64,000 nucleotides of DNA from Eledone cirrhosa (lineage: Eukaryota). The notes below the pieces were generated by a model that was not told where the DNA came from, ran no database searches, and saw only the letters and a list, made by a program, of their open reading frames with translations. Shown here in pieces: positions 50,900-64,000 of the stretch (its first letter is position 1; each line of letters opens with the position of its first letter). The position numbers and the translations under genes are program-made. Where the stretch lies: NCBI GenBank assembly GCA_964016885.1, contig OZ024746.1, positions 17,980,001 through 18,044,000 of the forward strand, written 5' to 3'.

Positions 50900-51115
50900 G
50901 GTCAGTGTATTGACAGTATCAGTTGAGCATCAGACACCATGCTTTGCACCGTAGTTATAGCTCTTTGCAGTCTGAGTTAAAATCCCATCGAGGTTGGCTT
51001 TGCCTTTCATCGCTCTGGGGTCAATAAAATAAAGTACCAGTCATGCACTGGGGTCAATTTAATTGACTTTCATCTTCCCCAAATTTGTTGGCTTTGTGCC
51101 TAAATCAGAACCCAT
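50900..51115 (+). mobile_element. SINE family A
   Basis: CTTTGCCTTTCATC...GGGGTCAATAAAATAAAGTACCAGT..TGCACTGGG core. Confidence 0.75.
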
Positions 51116-52879
51116 TACAATTATCACGACTACTATTACCATCACTACTATAATGCTAACAGTAACAACAGTTATTGTTGATAGCTAGACAGATAATTGT
51201 AATGTTGTAATAGTTATATGGATAATTATATTGATAATAAAATGCTAAAATCCCCAAATTATCAATTATCCATTACTAATTATTGATTATCAGCCATCAA
51301 CTATCAATCATCAATTATGGCCACCTTACAGGGTTGATTGGGTGTTTTTTTATATTATATTCAAAGAAAACCAAAGTAATGTTGACATCAGGAAGATTAC
51401 TTTTATATGTGTATGTTGATATGAAACACAAGTAGTTTAACTCTGAAAAAGAGTTATATTCTGTAATATTTAAAAAAAAGATTTCTACAATTTTATATAT
51501 TTACACCACAACCTCTGCCACCATACGTCTGCTTTCCATGTTGGCTTGGCCTGAATGGGTCTAAAATCTATTTTACAATATTATAATTTAATAGAATATG
51601 TAAGGTTGCTACTAATGAGATAATCTATATTTAGTTTAATTTTGTAATGTATTGACTCTTGAAACAATTTACTTTCTCCCACAACTGCCTGTAATATGTC
51701 ACTGAAATAACAGCTCACATTTCTGTTTCTATTTAAGTAGTAGATTAAAATTATTCTCAATGTTTATTTAATTTGGTACATAATTTAAATTCCGTACTGA
51801 CTTGTTCTTTTGGTAGTTAGGAGAATACTTATTCCAATCAACATCTCTCATTTATCATTGATAAATTTTGATGTTCTAATTATAACAACAGAAGTTAATT
51901 AAATATAAGAGTAAAGACTCCACCTTCTTATTCAGTTTATGAAATAATCTGTTAATTATTAGATTGGGAGGACCCTTCAGTCATGTGAAGGACATGACAG
52001 CCTCCCTAGTGTTGGTGACCTACACAATAAATGCACCCAGTATATGCTGTAAGGTGGTTGCTGATCGGAAGGGCATCCAGCCATCGAAAGCTTGCCAACC
52101 AAAGGTTTGGTAGGACCTTTCAGAGAGAGAGAGATAAATAACTCCAGAGGAATAAGTCTCAAACATGGCCTTAATGAAGCAAATATTAATTTTTACAATG
52201 GTTTTGTGTACACATTTTACTGTCCAGCAATACTGCTTTGAATGAGGCTACCAAAACATCCAATGCTGGTGACAAGTAAAGACATTAAACCAGATGGTGG
52301 TGGCAGTGGTGATGATGGTGGTGGTAGTGATGTATCTATTTTAACTACAACAACTCTACTAGTGTACTACTTATGAAGAAAGCATGACATTTGGTGTTGA
52401 TTGTGTTTATGATGGTATATCATTTGTTATTGTGTCATTTCATGAGAAATAGTTTGTAGGAACACCTATCTATTTATAAGTATAATAGGATCACTGATGA
52501 ATGTTTACACCTACCTACACTGTTATTCCTCTTGTTGCCTTGAAAACACTGAATAGTCCTCACCACTACCAGTCTTACAAAACTACTAGTTGCTGAAAAC
52601 AGCCACTTATTGTGGAATCTGTAGTCAACAGTGTTTTTTCTTTATTTTTTTTCTTTGTTTGTTTACCATTTAAATCTTTGACTTTTCTAAAATAAGGTTG
52701 ATATAATTTCACTAACACATGGATTATATGAAAAATAGGTGGATATAATTCCACTAACACTTGGATTATATGAAAAAGAGAGATATATGTAACTGCAAAT
52801 TTGAGCAAATCTTTCTCTCCAGTTAAATGTAACATTTTGTTAATTTTTACTTCTAGTATCTTTCATTTTGCATTAAAAA

Positions 52880-53192
52880 ATATATATGTATATATATATG
52901 TATGTATATATATATATATATGTATGTATATATGTTTATATGTATATATGTGTATATATATGTATGTGTATATGTATATATGTGTATGTATATATATATA
53001 TATATATATGTATATATGTGTATATATATGTATATATGTGTATATATATGTATGTGTATATATGTGTATATATATGTATGTGTATATATATGTGTATGTA
53101 TATATATATATATATATGTATGTATATGTGTATGTATATATATATATGTATGTATGTGTATGTATATATATATATGTATGTATGTATATGTG
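52880..53192. repeat. (TA/TG/TATG)n microsatellite
   Basis: Direct reading. Confidence 0.95.
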
Positions 53193-53890
53193 TCATCATC
53201 ATCATCATCATCAGGTTTAGCGTCCGTGTTCCACGCTTGCATGGGTTTGGACGGGGGTTTTCCCACTTGAGGCAAGAGTGGTTGTCTTGCTCGCATAGGA
53301 CTGTCTGGCGGGTTTTCTACAGTTGGATGCCCTTCCTAACACCAACCACATTTACAGTGTGGGGCTGGGAGGTTTTTACCGTGTTGCCTACACGGCCACA
53401 TTACAGCGTGGACTGTCTGGCGGGTTTTCTACAGCTGGATGCCCTTCCTAACACCAACCACATTTACAGTGTGGGGCTGGGAGGTTTTTACCGTGTTGCC
53501 TACACGGCCACATTTACAGCGTGGACTGTGTGTTTTTTTGTCGTGACACCTACACGATCTCATTTGTTTCGGCCTGGATGTTGTGGGACCAACATAACTG
53601 TACATTGAAAGGGGTGGTGTGGATGGGGTGGAGGTGGTGGGACGGGGGGGTGTTTTGATAGAGATGCCTACTGACTGTAGTAGGTTTTTACTTTGTATTT
53701 AGGTAAGGCGGGTCTTCTCTATTACTGAGTACCGCCAAAGATCTCGGTCCAGTGACATTGTCTTGGAGAGGTGTAAGCGTGTGAGGTCGGAATTTATCAG
53801 CTCGTCCCATGTTTTTCTGGGTCTGCCTACTCCGTGGCTACCGTCTATCTTTATTGCCCTGCACTTTGTTATACAGCTGTCGTCTTTCAT
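53193..53890 (-). mobile_element. RTE LINE 3' end with long 3' UTR containing a ~112-bp tandem duplication
   Basis: [33 protein letters not shown]...[13 protein letters not shown]; duplicated unit at about 53299-53410 / 53411-53522; (GAT)n tail. Confidence 0.85.
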
Positions 53891-54157
53891 ATGTGTATAT
53901 ATATGTATATATGTGTATGTATATATATATGTATATGTGTATATATATGTGTATATATATGTGTATGTATATATGTATGTATAGATGTGTGTATATATAT
54001 ATATATATATATGTATGTATATATGTGTGTATGTATATATATATATGTATGTATATATGTGTATATGTAAATATGTAAATATGTATGTATATATGTGTAT
54101 ATGTAAATATATATGTATATATGTGTATATATATGTATGTATATATATATATGTATG

Positions 54158-54188
<31 letters not shown>

Positions 54189-55215
54189 GTATGTATATAT
54201 ATATGTATGTATATATATATGTATGTATATATATATGTATATATATATATATGTATGTATGTATATGTATATATATATATATGTATGTATGTATATGTAT
54301 ATATATATATATGTATGTATGTATATGTATATATATATATATGTATGTATGTATATGTATATATATATATGTATGTATGTATATGTATATATATATATAT
54401 ATGTATGTATGTATATGTATATATATATATATATATATGTATGTATATGTATATATATATATATATGTATGTATATGTATATATATATATATATGTATGT
54501 ATATGTATATATATATATATATGTATGTATATGTATATATATATATATATGTATGTATATGTATATATATATATATATGTATGTATATGTATATATATAT
54601 ATATATGTATGTATATGTATATATATATATATATGTATGTATATGTATATATATATATATATGTATGTATATGTATATATATATATATATGTATGTATAT
54701 GTATATATATATATATATGTATGTATATGTATATATATATATATATGTATGTATATGTATATATATATATATATGTATGTATATGTATATATATATATAT
54801 ATGTATGTATATGTATATATATATATATATGTATGTATATGTATATATATATATGTATGTATATGTATATATATATATGTATGTATGTATATGTATATAT
54901 ATATATGTATGTATGTATATGTATATATATATATGTATGTATATGTATATATATATATGTATGTATATGTATATATATATATGTATGTATGTATATGTAT
55001 ATATATATATGTATGTATGTATATGTATATATATATATGTATGTATGTATATGTATATATATATATGTATGTATGTATATGTATATATATATATGTATGT
55101 ATGTATATGTATATATATATATGTATGTATGTATATGTATATATATATATGTATGTATGTATATGTATATATATATATGTATGTATGTATATGTATATAT
55201 ATATATGTATGTATG

Positions 55216-55254
<39 letters not shown>

Positions 55255-55325
55255 ATGTATGTATATGTATGTATATGTATATATATATGTATGTATGTAT
55301 ATGTATATATATATGTATGTATATG

Positions 55326-55358
<33 letters not shown>

Positions 55359-55422
55359 GTATATATATATGTATGTATGTATGTATGTATATATATATGT
55401 ATGTATGTATACATACATACAT

Positions 55423-55468
<46 letters not shown>
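53891..55468. repeat. giant (TA)n/(TATG)n compound microsatellite
   Basis: Direct reading; 28-bp higher-order period in part. Confidence 0.97.
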
Positions 55469-55469
<1 letters not shown>

Positions 55470-56078
55470 GTCAGGTCACCAGTTGGTGCTACTGGTAACA
55501 TGTATCCCAGTACAACCTGTCCCATGGTCGGGTCGTTGGCGACTAAACTGGCAACCCCACCAAGGTTTCTTGGCGAGGAGGGTGACTTTGGACATCCTGC
55601 AGGACTAAAAACAAAACCTGTCAAAGAGCAAAGGAGCTCTTAAGAGTCAATGGCCATCCAAAATCACCGGGAGAGATGACCCCTTAGCCTTTGTCAAGGC
55701 AGAATTCTAGGAGAAGGAAAACTCTGATATAACACCTGCAACCCTGATGGTATCCAATGATGTTGACTTGTTCTTCTTTTTGGTAAATATCATCTTGGTT
55801 AAGAGAGTGGGACTGGCTTTGTGCAGTGCCTTTGCTCACTATAAAAGCTTCACGGCACAGGCATTGCTTTATATCTGGAGATCTCTCTGCACTTGTCGTC
55901 ACATGGTACCATGGGCCCTGCACTATGTGTCAATAATGGTCACAAGTGTAGTCTTTGTACCAGAGTTTTCAAGTCGCTGGCTGGACTAAAAAGTCACACT
56001 CGTTCAGCGCATCGGTAGGGGTTCTCCTACATGGATATAAGGTAGTGGCCGTACTCGAAAGCGAGTTGGCAGCCACCA
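55469..56078 (+). mobile_element. ~610-bp non-coding element, probably non-autonomous RTE-derived, copy 1
   Basis: Contains CTAGGAGAAGGAAAACTCTGA, a motif typical of RTE 5' UTRs (recalled); near-identical copy at 63112-63695; terminal hairpins. Confidence 0.75.
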
Positions 56079-60894
<4,816 letters not shown>

Positions 60895-62822
60895 GAAGAG
60901 GCCTGGGCCATTGAGAAGATCAAACTCAATCCCAAAGTGTTCTTTTCATTTGCAAAAAAAACACAAAATCACTGGCTCTACTGTTGGCCCTCTAATTGAT
61001 GAAAATGTCACTCTTCAAGACAATGCTAAAACCATGGGTGAGATACTGCAGAAACTATACTGCTCTGTTTTCAGCAATCCTGATATGGCCGATCTGGGCT
61101 GTATCGGCGATGTTACTCCCCATTACACCTTATCGGACATAACGTTTGGCGCCCCTGATGTCTTGGCGGCAATAAAGGAAATCAAGCATAATTCAGCAGT
61201 AGGTCCCGATAGGTTCCCTGCTTGTGTCTTGAAGGCGTGTCAACACCAACTTGCATCTCCTCTTGCCAATCTGTGGCGGAACTCACTGGATGCTGGATAT
61301 GTGCCAGAAAACCTTCTATCCCAGTCTGTTGTCCCAGTTTTCAAAAAGGCAAACAAATCCCTTGCCGTGAATTACCGTCCAATCTCACTCACCTCTCATA
61401 TCATTAAGGTATTTGAGCGAGTGGTGAGATCGCGAATGACCCACTTCCTTGAGAGTAACAATATGCTGAACTCCAACCAGCATGGATTCCGTAATAGAAG
61501 GGATTGCCTGACGCAGCTACTGCATCACTTTGATGACATTTTGAGAGCCTTGGGAGAGGGTTCCAACACTGATGTTATCTACCTTGATTTCAGCAAGGCC
61601 TTTGACAGGGTTGATCATAACATTCTACTGAGAAAGCTGTCCAATATTGGTGTCACTGGAAAGCTACTGCAGTGGATCAAGAGCTTCCTGTCAAACAGAA
61701 CCCAACATGTTGTAGTTGAGGGAGTCAAATCAAGCCCAGCCAAAGTCAGTAGTGGGGTCCCACAAGGCACTGTGTTGGGCCCACTTCTCTTCATCATCTA
61801 TATTAATGACATCACTGACATCATCAAACACAGCAACATTAAAATTTTCGCTGATGATTCCAAGCTCCAAAAGGTCATCAATGGCGTGGATGACCGGATA
61901 AGCCTTCAGTCAGACCTACTGGCTGTTACCCAATGGGCAGAAAAGAACAACATGTTACTGAACGAAGACAAATTCGAACTGATCCACTTTGGAAAAGAGG
62001 ATGCTCTGAAACTCCCGTACTCCCTTCCCTCCGGGGAAACTCTCGTGGCATCTAACAACATCAGAGACTTGGGAGTAACCGTGGACAGCAACATAAGCTG
62101 GACCACGCATATAAGCAGCAAAGTTGACATGGCCCGCAGAATGTGTTCCTGGATCCTCAGAACCTTCCAGTCGAGAGATTCCCGCACCATTATCCTTCTC
62201 TTCTCTACTTTCGCCCGACCACACCTTGAATACTGTTGTCCACTGTGGTCTCCCCACACGAAACAAAGTATCATGAAACTTGAAGCTCCTCAAAGAGCAA
62301 TCACGAAAAAAGATAGATGGCATGTCAGACCTTGACTATTGGGGTCGATTAGAAAACCTGAAACTTTACTCACTCCAACGTCGCCGTGAGCGTTATATTA
62401 TCTGCATGATGTGGAAAATGTTCCATCATCACTGCCCAAATGATGTTGGCATCGCCTTCAAGATACACCCAAGGCTTGGGCCCCGTGCTATCCGTCCCAT
62501 TCAAAAATCTAAATCGCAACTCATAACAACAATACGGCACAATTATTTCACCTCAATCGGCCCTGCTCTCTTCAACATCACACCAGGACACGTCAAAACA
62601 GAAACTGACCACACAAAATTCAAGAAGTCTTTGGACAAATTCCTCCAAGTAATCCCGGACAAACCACCCACACCCGGATATGTCTCCGCAAACAGTAATT
62701 CTCTTCTCGAATGGGCCATGGTGCCCAAATCCTGAATTGAAAGACTTCGCCAGGTGGTGCTATTAAGTTAGACATGGCCTGGGCCAATACTGGCCAAAAC
62801 ATTTCAAAGTTATTCAAAGTTA
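60895..62822 (+). mobile_element. 5'-truncated CR1-clade LINE (reverse transcriptase), frameshifts at A-runs near 60955 and 62306
   Basis: [61 protein letters not shown]; 3' stem-loop GGCCA(ATAC)TGGCC and (TTCAAAGTTA)2 tail. Confidence 0.93.
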
Positions 62823-63111
62823 TGTATGTATGTATATATATATATGTATGTATGTATGTATATATATATATATATGTATGTATATATGTATATATATATA
62901 TATATGTATGTATATATGTATATATATATATATGTATATATATATCTGTATGTATATATATGTATATATATGTTTGTATATATTTATATATATATGTATG
63001 TATATATATATATATGTATGTATATATATATATATATATATATGTTTGTATATGTATGTATGTATGTATATATATATGTTTGTATATGTATGTATATATA
63101 TATATATATAT
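62823..63111. repeat. (TA)n/(TATG)n microsatellite
   Basis: Direct reading. Confidence 0.95.
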
Positions 63112-63695
63112 GTAACATGTATCCCAGTACAACCTGTCCCATGGTCGGGTCGTTGGCGACTAAACTGGCAACCCCACCAAGGTTTCTTGGTGAGGAGGGT
63201 GACTTTGGACATCCTGCAGGACTAAAAACAAAACCTGTCAAAGGGCAAAGGAGCTCTTAAGAGTCAATGGCCATCCAAAATCACCGGGAGAGATGACCCC
63301 TTAGCCTTTGTCAAGGCAGAATTCTAGGAGAAGGAAAACTCTGATATAACACCTGCAACCCTGATGGTATCCAATGATGTTGACTTGTTCTTCTTTTTGG
63401 TAAATATCATCTTGGTTAAGAGAGTGGGACTGGCTTTGTGCAGTGCCTTTGCTCACTATAAAAGCTTCACGGCACAGGCATTGCTTTATATCTGGAGATC
63501 TCTCTGCACTTGTCGTCACATGGTACCATGGGCCCAGCACTATGTGTCAGTAATTGTCACAAGTGTAGTGTTTGTACCAGAGTTTTCAAGTCGCTGGCTC
63601 GACTAAAAAGTCACACTCGTTCAGCGCATCGGTAGGGGTTCTCCTACATGGATATAAAGTAGTGGCCGTACTCGAAAACGAGTTGGCAGCCACCA
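63112..63695 (+). mobile_element. copy 2 of the ~600-bp element, lacking the first 26 bp
   Basis: Ungapped match to 55495-56078 (offset 7617) with about 9 substitutions. Confidence 0.8.
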
Positions 63696-64000
63696 TATAT
63701 ATATGTTTGTATATATGTATATATATATATATGTATGTATATATATATATATATGTTTGTATATATGTATATATATATATATATGTATGTATATATATAT
63801 ATATGTATGTATATATATATATATGTATATATATGTATGTATATATATATGTGTGTATATATATATATATGTGTATATATATATGTATATATATATGTGT
63901 ATATATATATGTATATATGTGTATATATATATGTATATATGTGTATATATATATGTATATATATATATCTATGTATATATATATATGTATGTATATATAT
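63696..64000. repeat. (TA)n/(TATG)n microsatellite
   Basis: Direct reading. Confidence 0.95.

Overview
This is AT-rich, repeat-dense animal genomic DNA. The SINE families, (ATG)n-tailed RTE LINEs and very large TA/TATG microsatellites suggest an octopus or other coleoid cephalopod (inference, not verified). No long host-gene ORF is present. A CpG-retaining, promoter-like zone at about 1.5-2.1 kb is followed by CpG-poor, intron-like DNA with a few small + strand exon candidates (34157-34274, 46824-46865, 49970-50040), consistent with the 5' part of a large unidentified gene. The long real ORFs are retroelements: a 5'-truncated RTE LINE with a PHD-type finger inside its RT (40499-41917), a Tx1/L1-clade LINE in a (GATA)n array with a perfect 23-bp TSD (42839-44717, minus) and a CR1-clade LINE (60895-62822). 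Also present are many tRNA-derived SINEs, hAT, piggyBac and pogo-type MITEs, a non-autonomous Helitron, a mariner relic and Penelope-type hammerhead motifs, one of them inside a 57-bp-arm palindrome. The last 11 kb is a giant (TA)n/(TATG)n field holding several retro-insertions, including two about 98.5% identical copies of a structured ~600-bp RTE-derived element. The very long YIYI ORFs are microsatellite artefacts. Repeat boundaries without a stated TSD or TIR are approximate.
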